This document shows positions 17,752 through 27,433 of a stretch of DNA of 64,000 nt, piece after piece (positions within the stretch are counted from its first letter, which is position 1; every line of letters starts with the position of its first letter). The translations under genes and the position numbers were made by a program. The notes under the pieces were generated by a model, which was not told the DNA's origin, searched no databases, and saw only the letters and a program-made list of their open reading frames with translations. The DNA lies in IMG/VR virus record IMGVR_UViG_3300044739_000018, positions 1 to 64,000 of that record, one strand, 5' to 3'. The stretch is from a virus.

Positions 17752-18638
17752 TGGGGCGCGCCCTCTGGCTCCCGGACCTGCTCCGGCAGTACGGCGTGGA
17801 GGTAATCGAGGTTGCGGGTTGGCGCGAGCGTGGCTCTGCCACCTTCAATCCGCAAGTCATTGTGGCCCACCACACAGCCAACCCCAACCTGGCTGACATG
17901 CCGAGCCTCAACCTCCTCATCAACGGACGTTCGGGGCTTCCTGGACCACTGTGCCAGGTGGGTCTGTCGCGCTCCGGCAAGGCGTACATCGTTGCCTCTG
18001 GACGGGCCAACCATGCGGGCACCGGGAGTTGGCGCGGTGTCTCCGGCAACACGAATGCCCTGGGCATCGAGGCCGAGAACAACGGCACCGGTGAGCCGTG
18101 GCCCGCCGCGCAACTTGAGGCGTACTTCCGGGTTGCTGGCGCCATGTGCGACGGCACCACGCCCATGCGGGGAGCCGAATGGGTTTGCGGCCATAAGGAG
18201 TGGGCACCGAGCCGCAAGATCGACCCCAAGAACATCGACATGAACTGGTTCCGGGACCAGGTGGCACAGCGCCGGGCAGCGAAGCACGCTGGCACCCTGG
18301 GTGGCACAGTCAACCCGACCCCGCCTCCGCCCCCGCCTCCGCCACCGCCGCCTGCTCACTCCCACCCGACGCCGCTGGTCAAGAACGCCCCGGTGAATGG
18401 TGTCTGGCGCGGGCAGGTGTACCACCCCGAAGCTGGCAAGTGGTTCGTCCAGGCCAGCACGGCATGGTGGGAGATTCGTGACATTCAGCAGCATCTCAAG
18501 AACCAGGGTCATCAGATCGCCGTCGATGGATTCGGCGGTCCCACCACCAATCACCACATCGTCACGTACCAGCGTGCCCGGGGCCTGTCGGCTGATGGCG
18601 TTGTTGGGCCTGCGACGTGGGCACGGTTGCACGGCTGA
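17751..18638 (+). CDS. Endolysin: N-acetylmuramoyl-L-alanine amidase + poly-Pro linker + peptidoglycan-binding domain
   Basis: VAHHTA, RANHAG, GIEAEN, GHKEWAPSRKIDP; C-terminal VDGFGGPTT...YQRARGLSADGVVGPATW. Confidence 0.9.
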   Translation: MGRALWLPDLLRQYGVEVIEVAGWRERGSATFNPQVIVAHHTANPNLADMPSLNLLINGRSGLPGPLCQVGLSRSGKAYIVASGRANHAGTGSWRGVSGNTNALGIEAENNGTGEPWPAAQLEAYFRVAGAMCDGTTPMRGAEWVCGHKEWAPSRKIDPKNIDMNWFRDQVAQRRAAKHAGTLGGTVNPTPPPPPPPPPPPAHSHPTPLVKNAPVNGVWRGQVYHPEAGKWFVQASTAWWEIRDIQQHLKNQGHQIAVDGFGGPTTNHHIVTYQRARGLSADGVVGPATWARLHG

Positions 18639-18641
18639 GCC

Positions 18642-19067
18642 ATGACGTGGATCCTGGCAGCACTGCCGCTACCGGCAGGCGTATTCCTCTACCGCATCTT
18701 CGGAGCGGCTACGGACCCCACCGGGGGATGGCTGACAGCACTCAGCGGACTCGGTGTAGCTGGCATCCTCTGCGGATACCTGGCTTTCGATAATACACGT
18801 TTGCGCAAGGAGCTGAAGGACTGCACGGCAACAGTGCTCAAGAAGGACGAGGAGCACGCCAAATTGCTGGTTGACACGCTGGCACGGTACGAACGTCTGT
18901 TGCCGATTGAGACAGAGAGTCAGCGCATCCATACTGAGTCCATCAAGGTGCTGGAACGTAGCATTACCATGATGCACCAGCTTGCAGGTAGGCCAGCCCT
19001 GGACCCCGGCATCCTATCTAAATTGGACGGAGAGACTATCCGTAAATTGATCGGGGGGACGACATGA
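18642..19067 (+). CDS. Membrane protein, holin-like
   Basis: Two N-terminal hydrophobic helices then a coiled coil; follows the endolysin. Confidence 0.5.
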   Translation: MTWILAALPLPAGVFLYRIFGAATDPTGGWLTALSGLGVAGILCGYLAFDNTRLRKELKDCTATVLKKDEEHAKLLVDTLARYERLLPIETESQRIHTESIKVLERSITMMHQLAGRPALDPGILSKLDGETIRKLIGGTT

Positions 19068-19261
19068 GTGACGAGAAGATGAAGGAACTGCATCAAGCTG
19101 TCCTAGATGCGGACGAGGCCCTGCTGAAGACGTTGCGAGAGACAGAGTTTGCTCTAGAGCGCGCCATTGCGCAGCGACTGGAGGCGATGAACGACCACAG
19201 AATCATGATCGAGCGCGTGCGTGAGCAACAGGATGAACTGGGAGAGGACCCGGGTGACTGA
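19064..19261 (+). CDS. Hypothetical coiled-coil protein
   Basis: Coupled ORF in the lysis cassette. Confidence 0.5.
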   Translation: MSDEKMKELHQAVLDADEALLKTLRETEFALERAIAQRLEAMNDHRIMIERVREQQDELGEDPGD

Positions 19262-19847
19262 CGATCTGAACGACGATCTGGATGAACTATCTGTTGGCCT
19301 ATCCGAAGACACAGAAGACACGTTGGCAGACGACCCCCTCGTGCGCGAGCTGCGCAAGACGCAGGCAGCCATCAGGACGGAGAGCGACGAGCGGCAGCGG
19401 GCCATCGAGGCGGAGACTCAGGAGCGCAAGAAGGACTCCCGTCGAAACGTACTTGTGGTCCTTGCAGCCCTCCTGTGGGGCACGACGGGCGTTGTGTTCG
19501 GCTTCGTTGCCTTCAATAGTGCCGCCGACGTACGTGATACCCAGCGGCAGCAGGATCGGGACCGCATCACGGGCCGAGAAGCTGTCTGCGTAGGGCAGAA
19601 CGACAACTTGGAGAAGATCGTCAACGTCTCCCGCTCTCTGCTGGCAGCGACACAGCGGAGCGAGACGGATGAGCCGCGCACGCCGGAGGAGTTGGCTCAG
19701 CGTGACGCAGCTCTCAAGGTGTTCCTGGAGACGCAGGGCTTCCGCTATGTCGAAGGCAAGATTCATGCCGCCTTCCTGGACTGCGAGCTGTACAAGGTCG
19801 ATCCTCAGCAATCCGAAGCCCAACGTGTGTTCAAGGAACATCCTTGA
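19254..19847 (+). CDS. Single-pass membrane protein of the lysis cassette
   Basis: One TM helix (VLVVLAALLWGTTGVVFGFVAF); start GTG 19254. Confidence 0.55.
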   Translation: MTDDLNDDLDELSVGLSEDTEDTLADDPLVRELRKTQAAIRTESDERQRAIEAETQERKKDSRRNVLVVLAALLWGTTGVVFGFVAFNSAADVRDTQRQQDRDRITGREAVCVGQNDNLEKIVNVSRSLLAATQRSETDEPRTPEELAQRDAALKVFLETQGFRYVEGKIHAAFLDCELYKVDPQQSEAQRVFKEHP

Positions 19848-19850
19848 GCC

Positions 19851-20138
19851 ATGGACGAGGCGACGATTGACCGCATCGAACGTGGTGTGGCTGTCATCCT
19901 TGGGCTTCTTGTTGGTGCGGGCGCGGCGGTGGACCTGCGCCAGTTCCGTCGACGCAAGCAGACCTTCTCCTCACTGATCTGGCTCTTGCAGCGCAACAAG
20001 TGGACGCGGGCATCGCTGATCCTGGGGTGGGCGGGCCTCACTGCACATCTGTTCGTGGAGCCAGTGGTGCGGCAGGGCAAAGCTGCCGTGATCATCCAGC
20101 CGCTACCTGTGGTTGATCACCCGCTAGCTGTTGGCTAG
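19851..20138 (+). CDS. Small membrane protein (possible holin)
   Basis: Two hydrophobic segments. Confidence 0.5.
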   Translation: MDEATIDRIERGVAVILGLLVGAGAAVDLRQFRRRKQTFSSLIWLLQRNKWTRASLILGWAGLTAHLFVEPVVRQGKAAVIIQPLPVVDHPLAVG

Positions 20139-20364
20139 CAATTCCGTTGACTCCAAACGTCAATCGAAAATTTGATGTTTCGGGAAGATGGCGATGGCAT
20201 CACCATTTACCCGATTCTGACCACACACAGCGCGAAGTCAATGCTTGCGGTTGCTCGACCGGGTGACATACAAATTCCGCAACCGTTGCCCTAGACCCCG
20301 GCGGCCGGATCATAAAGGTCGGATTGGAAGGGCGACAAAATTCATAACCACATGGAGGAAAGCA

Positions 20365-20655
20365 ATGGCTGGCAAGGCTTCGCGCTCACACCCGAGCGCG
20401 GGAGAAGCCATACGCCTGCTGCGCGAGCGTGCAGGTCTCAGTGCGCGTGCACTGAGCCGCTATGCCCGCCTCAGTCCTGCCTACGTGGGCAAGGTTGAGG
20501 CGGGCACGCTCGACCCCAGCCTGAAGGCGTTTGCTCGCATTGCAGTGGCTCTCAACATGACCCAACAGGAAATCTGGTGGCTGGTCATGGCCGAAGGGAC
20601 TGTCACACCCCCTGAGTATGATGGCGAACAGACGTTCGAGGAAGGCTCAGGATGA
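20365..20655 (+). CDS. XRE-family helix-turn-helix regulator
   Basis: IRLLRERAGLSARALSRYARLSPAYVGKVEAG...PSLKAFARIAVAL; SD GGAGG; start ATG 20365. Confidence 0.85.
   Translation: MAGKASRSHPSAGEAIRLLRERAGLSARALSRYARLSPAYVGKVEAGTLDPSLKAFARIAVALNMTQQEIWWLVMAEGTVTPPEYDGEQTFEEGSG
20601..20622 (+). promoter_or_regulatory. PafBC/RecA-NDp-type promoter (TGTCAC-N10-TATGAT)
   Basis: Matches the actinobacterial TGTC(G/A)N-N10-TANNNT architecture with exact spacing; 30 bp upstream of the exonuclease start. Confidence 0.65.
20625..20638. promoter_or_regulatory. LexA (SOS) box CGAAC-AGAC-GTTCG
   Basis: Exact actinobacterial/Firmicutes SOS consensus, between the -10 element and the SD of the exonuclease. 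Confidence 0.75.
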
Positions 20656-21470
20656 GGTTTTCAGCAAGCAAGATCAATACGTGGATGGCCTGCCCACTAC
20701 AAGCCAAGTTCAAGTATGTGGACCACCTACCACAACGGCAGAGTGGCAAGGCTTCTTTTGGCGTCATCATCCACGACGCCCTCGACTACTACAACAACAG
20801 CCGTGACGTGGACGGAGCTGTAAGGCGGTTCTCTGACCACTGGAAGAACCCCGAGAAGCTTGGGGTGGAACCCGACTACTGGCCGCGGTACACGACGTAT
20901 GGCGGCCTGATGACACGCGGGCAGGAGATTATCAAGGAGTATGCCGACAAGCTGAAGTGGGACAAACGAACGGTCATCGCCACTGAACACAAGTTCTTGG
21001 TTCCGTTCGGTGACCACGAGATCGTGGGGTTCGTGGATCTCGTGGAACTACGCACAGGCCACCGGGGCCAACCAGTCCTGCGGATCGTGGACTACAAGAC
21101 GAATGCCAAGGCTCCGTTCACCACGGCCCTGCGCGTCAACATTCAGTTCACGGCATACATCTACGCCAGCCTGCAACCCGAGTTCTGGCTGGGCAATCCG
21201 CCCGAGGCCCCAGCCATTCCGGACGGGGACAAGTGGTGGGCACAGCTAGACGGTGTACACCGCGAAGGAATCTGGCACCACCTCATGACGAACAAGGAAC
21301 TGTCATGCGGTACCAGGGACGACAAAGACTTCATGCGCCTGTACCGGGCGTGCGAGGAAATCGGCAAGGCCGAGGCGGCAGGGATTTACGTGCCCAACAT
21401 TTCGGGTGACACGTGTACCTACTGCGACTTTGTCGAACCCTGCGGTGTCCCGATCCCGCCGCGCAATTAA
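20652..21470 (+). CDS. PD-(D/E)XK exonuclease (RecB/AddB/Cas4-like, Fe-S staple)
   Basis: FSASKINTWMACP, GVIIHDAL, GFVDLV, IVDYKT, QFTAY, CTYCDFVEPC. Confidence 0.85.
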   Translation: MRFSASKINTWMACPLQAKFKYVDHLPQRQSGKASFGVIIHDALDYYNNSRDVDGAVRRFSDHWKNPEKLGVEPDYWPRYTTYGGLMTRGQEIIKEYADKLKWDKRTVIATEHKFLVPFGDHEIVGFVDLVELRTGHRGQPVLRIVDYKTNAKAPFTTALRVNIQFTAYIYASLQPEFWLGNPPEAPAIPDGDKWWAQLDGVHREGIWHHLMTNKELSCGTRDDKDFMRLYRACEEIGKAEAAGIYVPNISGDTCTYCDFVEPCGVPIPPRN

Positions 21471-21499
21471 CAGGAGCATCAGTGACGAAGGAGGAAGGC

Positions 21500-21935
21500 G
21501 TGTCAGAAGTCTGTGAGTCCTGCCGGAAGCCCTATGTGCTCTACCAGCGTTGGGTGGCGGGCGAAATGTTCAGGGTCTGTGCTCTTTGCATCGAGGCCCA
21601 TGAGGAAGCCAGATCGGAGGGATCAGGATGCGTGTCCGAACGACTTGCCCGGATTGCGGTGCGGCTCTAGAGGTCGAGACCCAGCGGTTCACTGGCGAGC
21701 GGGCCGTCCGGCCCGAGGACCTGGTGAGGATGCACAAGTCAGCAAACGAATGTGAATACGAATTGCGGAAGGACGAAGACAAATGAGCGTGCGATATGTC
21801 GTGGTGAGCAGGTGTGCTGGATGCAGCGGGCCTATCTATGGGCCGGAGGAAGTGGACGACCTAGACGGCGTCGAGACCATGGTCTTCCACGCTGAGAAGT
21901 GCCCCCTGACGAAGCCGGAACGGAGTGGAAAGTGA
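21500..21935 (+). CDS. Cluster of three small Cys-rich ORFs (21500-21670, 21628-21786, 21783-21935)
   Basis: Each has CxxC motifs with an SD or an overlapping start/stop; two are below the ORF-track cut-off. Confidence 0.45.
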
Positions 21936-23053
21936 CCTTGCGAGTGATGAGGACAGGCAACAAGGAGTACGGCAGATACATCAAGGTGCTGCTCTGCGGC
22001 GACCCCGGTGCGGGCAAGACGCTGCTCTCCAGCACGTTCCCCGACCCGTTCTTTGTGTCGGCCGAGGGCGGCATGATGAGCATTGCTGGACGTGGTCTGC
22101 CATACGCCGACGTTCACAGCAGCGAGGAGCTGCTCCAGCTCAAGAACATCTTCGACCAGCCCAAGCCGGTTCGTGAACAGATGTTGGGCACAGCCATGGG
22201 AAGCGACCAGCCCATCCCCGTGCAGACGGTGGTGATCGACACCATCGACCAGATCAGTCGCATCCTGATTGACGAGCGCAAGACCGCCAATAAGAAGGAC
22301 ACGCTGGCAATCGCGGACTGGGGTTGGCTCGGGGACCAGGTGCGGGCCATCATCACCGGCTTCAGGAATCTGCCAATGCACGTTGTGTTCACGTGCCATC
22401 TCAAGCAGGCCGACGACTCCGAGACTGGTCGCGTCTTCTTCAAGCCTGCGCTGTCGGGCCAGGTGTCCGACGAGATTGCGGGCATGGTTGACCTGGCGTT
22501 GTGGCTCAAGCAGACGCCGATGACCGTCATCGAGGACAACCAGTCGGTGCGCAAGATCGTCCGGCTGCTCCAGACCTTCCAGGATCCGAGTCACCAGTGG
22601 GTCAAGGACCGGTCGGGCAAGCTTCCGCAGGAGTTCGACGTGGACTTCAAGACGGATTTCAACCGGCTGAACGACCTCATCTTCGGTGACATCCCGGACG
22701 AAACGCCGGAGTCAACGGAAGTTGAGGAGCCGCTTGAGGCTACAGACCCGCCGGAGATCGTCGAGGAGCCTGCCGCTTCAACGGACGTTGAGACTGAAGT
22801 GTCGGTTGAACCGAACAATTCTGCGGCCGTTGAGCCTGAGGCTGAGCCGGAGACGCCTGTTGTGGCAGAGACAGGCACGGAAGTAGCTGAACCTCCTGCC
22901 GGTGTGGATGCCGAGACCGGTGAGGTCACCGGCTTCACGTGTGAGAAGTGCGGAACTGTCTTCGACAACGAGGACCAGCGCGACCTATGCAAGATCAAGC
23001 GTGTTCCGATCATGTGCACCAAGTGCTACCGCGACAACTTCAAGACCAAGTGA
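21932..23053 (+). CDS. AAA_24/Sak4-like ATPase (recombinase) with acidic linker and C-terminal Zn ribbon
   Basis: Walker A GDPGAGKT, Walker B VVIDTID, VVFTCH; CEKC...CTKC; start GTG 21932. Confidence 0.8.
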   Translation: MTLRVMRTGNKEYGRYIKVLLCGDPGAGKTLLSSTFPDPFFVSAEGGMMSIAGRGLPYADVHSSEELLQLKNIFDQPKPVREQMLGTAMGSDQPIPVQTVVIDTIDQISRILIDERKTANKKDTLAIADWGWLGDQVRAIITGFRNLPMHVVFTCHLKQADDSETGRVFFKPALSGQVSDEIAGMVDLALWLKQTPMTVIEDNQSVRKIVRLLQTFQDPSHQWVKDRSGKLPQEFDVDFKTDFNRLNDLIFGDIPDETPESTEVEEPLEATDPPEIVEEPAASTDVETEVSVEPNNSAAVEPEAEPETPVVAETGTEVAEPPAGVDAETGEVTGFTCEKCGTVFDNEDQRDLCKIKRVPIMCTKCYRDNFKTK

Positions 23054-23062
23054 GGATGACAG

Positions 23063-23512
23063 ATGGCTGAGTTCGTACTAACAGAGGCGCAGGCAAGCGA
23101 CAAGAAGGAGTTCGAACCGCTCCCCGATGGCCTGGTGGTAGAGGCAGAGCTTCTCTCCGTCACGGTCAAGCCCAAGAAGATCAGGGGCGAGGACATGGAG
23201 CGGGTGGAGTTTGCTTTCAAGATCGTTGACGGCGACTTCAAGAACCGTAGGGTCTGGGGCGACACGTCCACGGCCTTTGTGGATCACCCCGAGTGCCGCC
23301 TGCGGGCATGGACCCAGGAAATCATGGGCGTTGACTTGCCCAAGGGGTTCAAGCTGGACACTGACGCGCTGGTTGGCTCGCGTTGCCGGGTTGCCATTTC
23401 GGCATACGAGTGGGAGCCGAAGGATGCACCCGGCACTACGAAGCATGGTGCCCGCGTCCAGGACGTGATCCGCAGCAAGTCTCAGCTTGGCATGTCGGAG
23501 GAGCCGTTCTAA
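23063..23512 (+). CDS. Single-stranded DNA-binding protein (DUF669-like)
   Basis: FEPLPDG, FKIVDGDFKNRRVW, C-terminal EEPF; follows the Sak4-like gene. Confidence 0.7.
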   Translation: MAEFVLTEAQASDKKEFEPLPDGLVVEAELLSVTVKPKKIRGEDMERVEFAFKIVDGDFKNRRVWGDTSTAFVDHPECRLRAWTQEIMGVDLPKGFKLDTDALVGSRCRVAISAYEWEPKDAPGTTKHGARVQDVIRSKSQLGMSEEPF

Positions 23513-23820
23513 TGGACGAACTTCAGGACATCGCTGTGCGCTGGCACGTGAAGCGGTTCCCTGAGGCTGGCCCCGAGCACGTCTGCATGAAGGCGACGGA
23601 GGAGTTGGGTGAACTTGCTGGCGCGGTCAACGGCCGCGTCGGCAAGAACGCCCCACGAGCACGAGGCGATGTGGGCGAGGAGGCAGCCGATGTGCTCATC
23701 ACGGTGATGATTCTGCTTGGCCGCTACTACCCCGAATACTCGTTGATGGACGAGGTAGCCAAGAAACTGGCGATCCTCACCGATCCTGAGAGCGGGCATA
23801 GGTCGGCTGCCCTGGCATGA
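23512..23820 (+). CDS. MazG-like nucleotide pyrophosphohydrolase
   Basis: KATEELGELA...EEAADVL motif; start ATG 23512. Confidence 0.75.
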   Translation: MDELQDIAVRWHVKRFPEAGPEHVCMKATEELGELAGAVNGRVGKNAPRARGDVGEEAADVLITVMILLGRYYPEYSLMDEVAKKLAILTDPESGHRSAALA

Positions 23821-25769
23821 CCAACCTGACCGAGTACCTCCGCAGCAAGGGACTCACGGTAAAGCGGGCAGGACCGGACGATGTTCATGTTGCCTGCTGG
23901 TACTGCAAAGAGGACCCAGGGAAGCGAGGCAGGCTTTACGTCAACGTCAGTGCTGACGAGAACGTGGCCGGTCTGCACTTCTGCCATCTGTGTGGAACGA
24001 GGGGCAACCTTCGGACCATGCGCAAGCACTTCGGTGACCCCGTGGACGACGACAAGGACGATACGTCTCACGCCGTTCAAGGGATACTCCAGGTGGCCTG
24101 CAAGTACTACGAGGACGCGCTCACACCGGACGTTCTGTCGTGGCTCAAGAAGGAACGTGGCCTTCGCCTGGAGACGATCCAGCAGTTCCGGCTGGGCTGG
24201 GCGCCGGGCGGCCTCCTCGAACACCTTCGTGAACGAGGGTTCAAGACGAGCGATGTGGCCGCCACGGGATTGGCTGTGGAGCGCAACGGAAATTGGCAGG
24301 ACTTCCTGCTCGACGAGGTGGTCATCCCGTATCAGGTTGCAGGCTCGGTGGTGATGCTGCGAGGCAAGAAGATGGACGGCAAGTACCGGACACCACCGCA
24401 TCAGAAGGCTCGCATCTTCAACAGCGATGCCGTTTGGAACGCCCACGAAATCCTCATCTGCGAGGGCGAGTTTGATGCCATGGTGCTGTCGCAGTTGGGC
24501 TACGACGCATGTGGAGTGCCTGGTGCCACCACCTGGCAGGAAGCATGGAATGGTTACTTCGAGAAGTCACGGCTCATCTACATCTGCTTCGACCCCGACC
24601 AGGCGGGCAACAACGGAGCGGAGAAGATCAAGGAGCAGTTGGGCAGCCGGACTCGACGCGTGGAGTTTCCCGTCCCGGAGAACACCGACGCTGGCGAGGT
24701 TGACCCGTCATACCTTGTCGTCAAATGGCAGTACGCCAAGCTTGAGTTCGACCAGCTTTTGAACGAGGCGGTGCTCCGAGGCAGCCTCCTAATCACCGTT
24801 GACGACGCCTATCGAGAGTGGAAGGAGCTTCAGGGTCAGAAGGGCTTGCAACTCGGCTATCCGGACCTCGACATGTCCATCTCGCCAGGGCTGCTGAAGT
24901 CACAGGTGCTGGTGGTCCTGGCGAAGACGAACACCGGCAAGACCCTGTTCCTACTGAACCTCTTCCAGCGCATCTCGATGTTGCAGAAGGACGCCAAGAT
25001 CCTGTTCATCTCCCTTGAGCAGACACGAGGCGACTGGTTTGAGCGGGCACAGAGGATCTGGAACTTCTACAACCTGGACTGTGAGCCGCAGTTTGTTGAG
25101 AAGGAGACGCTGAAGTACTGGCGTGAACGTCTGTTGCTGGTTGACAAGAACCGCGTCTCTGAAGAAGAACTGCTGAACAGCATGGATGAGTACGAGTTGC
25201 AGATGGGCTGTAAGCCTGACCTTGTAGCCGTGGACTACCTCGGGTATTGGGCAGCGGGCTTCAAGGGCAAGGATCGTTACGAGCGAGTCAGTGGTGCGGT
25301 CGAGAGCTTGAAGGCGGTTGCCAAAGAGAAGCGAGTGCCCATCGTTTCACCCCACCAGGTGTCCCGTGTTGCTGAGTTTGGTAGCGAACCGGACGTTGAC
25401 GCGGCCCGAGACTCTGGTGCTGTGGAGGAGACAGCCGACTTCGTGTTTGGTCTGTGGTCTCCCGACGCAACCAAGGGCAAGCAGGCGGATCAGCGCAACG
25501 GCCTCGTGAACCTGCGCATCGGCAAGAGCCGCCATGGAGGTAAGGGCGACACCATCAAGATCCAGTTTGCACCCGTGACGCTGGCGATGGTGCCCTACGA
25601 CGACAACAAGCTGCGGACGCTGGCCTCTGACGAGCTTCAGTACAACATTCAACGAGACACCTGGAAGCAGGCCATCTTCCGGCATCGGACGGGGCGCAAG
25701 GACATACACCTCGGGCCTGTCCCAGAACTAGAGACACCCACCGAACCAGAAGTCGAGAACGAAAGTTGA
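23817..25769 (+). CDS. DNA primase-helicase (Zn-binding + TOPRIM + DnaB-like SF4 helicase)
   Basis: CWYC/CHLC, ICEGEFDAM, FDPDQAG, AKTNTGKT, VDYL, QVSR, IGKSRHG. Confidence 0.9.
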   Translation: MTNLTEYLRSKGLTVKRAGPDDVHVACWYCKEDPGKRGRLYVNVSADENVAGLHFCHLCGTRGNLRTMRKHFGDPVDDDKDDTSHAVQGILQVACKYYEDALTPDVLSWLKKERGLRLETIQQFRLGWAPGGLLEHLRERGFKTSDVAATGLAVERNGNWQDFLLDEVVIPYQVAGSVVMLRGKKMDGKYRTPPHQKARIFNSDAVWNAHEILICEGEFDAMVLSQLGYDACGVPGATTWQEAWNGYFEKSRLIYICFDPDQAGNNGAEKIKEQLGSRTRRVEFPVPENTDAGEVDPSYLVVKWQYAKLEFDQLLNEAVLRGSLLITVDDAYREWKELQGQKGLQLGYPDLDMSISPGLLKSQVLVVLAKTNTGKTLFLLNLFQRISMLQKDAKILFISLEQTRGDWFERAQRIWNFYNLDCEPQFVEKETLKYWRERLLLVDKNRVSEEELLNSMDEYELQMGCKPDLVAVDYLGYWAAGFKGKDRYERVSGAVESLKAVAKEKRVPIVSPHQVSRVAEFGSEPDVDAARDSGAVEETADFVFGLWSPDATKGKQADQRNGLVNLRIGKSRHGGKGDTIKIQFAPVTLAMVPYDDNKLRTLASDELQYNIQRDTWKQAIFRHRTGRKDIHLGPVPELETPTEPEVENES

Positions 25770-25933
25770 GCCATGGAGAAGACAGCAAAAACCCTTATGC
25801 CATCGAGACATTGGGCATTGGCGGAAGCTGCCAGCCGCCACCCCATGAACGCAACGTGGGCTGACACTTCCACCCCGTCTCCGCCGATGAACACAGGAGC
25901 GGCGCAGCCGTCGCTGGCCGGGAGGGCCGAGTA

Positions 25934-26860
25934 ATGGGAACCAAGACGCCCTCTTTTGGGTCCGGCAAGCGTGAGTCACATGATGCGAGTGACTTCTACA
26001 AGCGCAACCTTGCCAGTGGCGGGTTCGTCCGAGCTGTACAACCTGAACTCAGCTCAACGGACGTTACGAGCGGGCTGTACGCCCACACATCCGAGGACAT
26101 GCACGAGCTTCCCGACAACAGCGTAGGGCTGATGGTTACCTCCCCGCCTTACCACGTTGGCAAAGATTATGACACCACGGACAGCTTCGACGACTACCTT
26201 GACCTGCTCTTTCGCGTCTTTGAAGAGACGTTCCGTGTCATGGAGCCGGGCGGGCGAGTGGTCATCAACGCGGCTGGGCTGGGTCGCTCACCGTACGTTC
26301 ACCTGCCTACCTTCATCAACGCCATCATGCTGGAGATCGGCTTCATGCCCAGGGGCGAGGTCATCTGGGTGAAGGCTGCCGGTGCCAGTGGCTCGTGTGC
26401 CTGGGGCAGCTTCATGAAGGCCAGCAATCCCGTGCTGCGTGATCTGCATGAGCATCTACTGGTGTTCTGCAAGGGCTGGGAGAACCCCAAGGGTGAAGTC
26501 CAATGGGGCCGCTACAAGGCAGGAGAGTCCACCGTCTCCAAGCAGGAGTTCCTGGACTACACGCTGTCGGTCTGGAACATGCCACCCGAGTCAGCCAAGC
26601 GCGTTGGTCATCCTGCTCCATTCCCTAAGGAGCTACCGCGACGGTTCATCGAGCTTTACTCCTACAAGGGGGACGTGATCCTTGATCCGTTCATTGGGGC
26701 AGGTGCAACTGCCGTCGCCGCACTAGCAGCGGGACGCAAGTACGTGGGCTATGACACAAATCCTGCGTACCTCACCATCGCAAAGCACCGGCTTAAGGAA
26801 GCCGGACAGAGCATGATTTGCGACGCGCACCTGCAATCGTGGAAGGACAAGACCAAGTGA
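25934..26860 (+). CDS. DNA methyltransferase (beta class, probably N4-cytosine)
   Basis: VTSPPY catalytic motif precedes HPAPFP and the DPFIGAGAT SAM-binding motif. Confidence 0.85.
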   Translation: MGTKTPSFGSGKRESHDASDFYKRNLASGGFVRAVQPELSSTDVTSGLYAHTSEDMHELPDNSVGLMVTSPPYHVGKDYDTTDSFDDYLDLLFRVFEETFRVMEPGGRVVINAAGLGRSPYVHLPTFINAIMLEIGFMPRGEVIWVKAAGASGSCAWGSFMKASNPVLRDLHEHLLVFCKGWENPKGEVQWGRYKAGESTVSKQEFLDYTLSVWNMPPESAKRVGHPAPFPKELPRRFIELYSYKGDVILDPFIGAGATAVAALAAGRKYVGYDTNPAYLTIAKHRLKEAGQSMICDAHLQSWKDKTK

Positions 26861-27303
26861 GCTTCGTTGACCTTTTGAAGCCGCAGGACGTGGTGGATGC
26901 ACGGACATTTGCGGACTATGTACGACAGATCTTGGGCACTCCGACCAACACAATGAAGGACCTGGTAACGCTCCAGAAGAAGCTGAAGGAACATCAGGAG
27001 GCGTGGCCGAACGCGGACTGGCAAACGCTCGTTCGCACGGTGGACTGGTGCAAGGCGCGGAAGAAGCGGCCTGCACGAGCCTTCCTGGTCGTGGACTGGG
27101 TTCGTTATGCCTGGGCGGACGGCTACTTGCCCGAGCTGGATACGAAGCCGGTGGACCAGCAGCTTGAAGAAGCGATCAGTGAGGCACTGGAAGTTGAGAC
27201 AGACACCGAGTGGCGTTACCGCCTTATCGGTGCAGAGGGTCGAGCACGGAAGGAGGTCTACGTCGCATGGAAGACCGCGCAAATGTCATCGAATTCCCTG
27301 TAA
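26857..27303 (+). CDS. Hypothetical protein
   Basis: GTGA-coupled ORF; start GTG 26857. Confidence 0.55.
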   Translation: MSFVDLLKPQDVVDARTFADYVRQILGTPTNTMKDLVTLQKKLKEHQEAWPNADWQTLVRTVDWCKARKKRPARAFLVVDWVRYAWADGYLPELDTKPVDQQLEEAISEALEVETDTEWRYRLIGAEGRARKEVYVAWKTAQMSSNSL

Positions 27304-27433
27304 AGATCACGCCGCCGCTTTGCAGTAACTGTGACCATGCGGCGTTGTCCTCATACGGAGTGTATTGCATGCTCTTTAACGAGAACATTATGTCCGAAAC
27401 GGTGGCCGCAGAGTGCGAGGAGTTCGACCCACA

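Noticed and set aside
18316-18352. CCG/CCT-rich repeat
   Set aside because: Simply encodes the poly-proline linker of the endolysin
20652-21470. CRISPR-associated Cas4 / CRISPR locus
   Set aside because: No repeat-spacer array or other cas genes seen; the context (Sak4-like ATPase, SSB) indicates a phage recombination exonuclease
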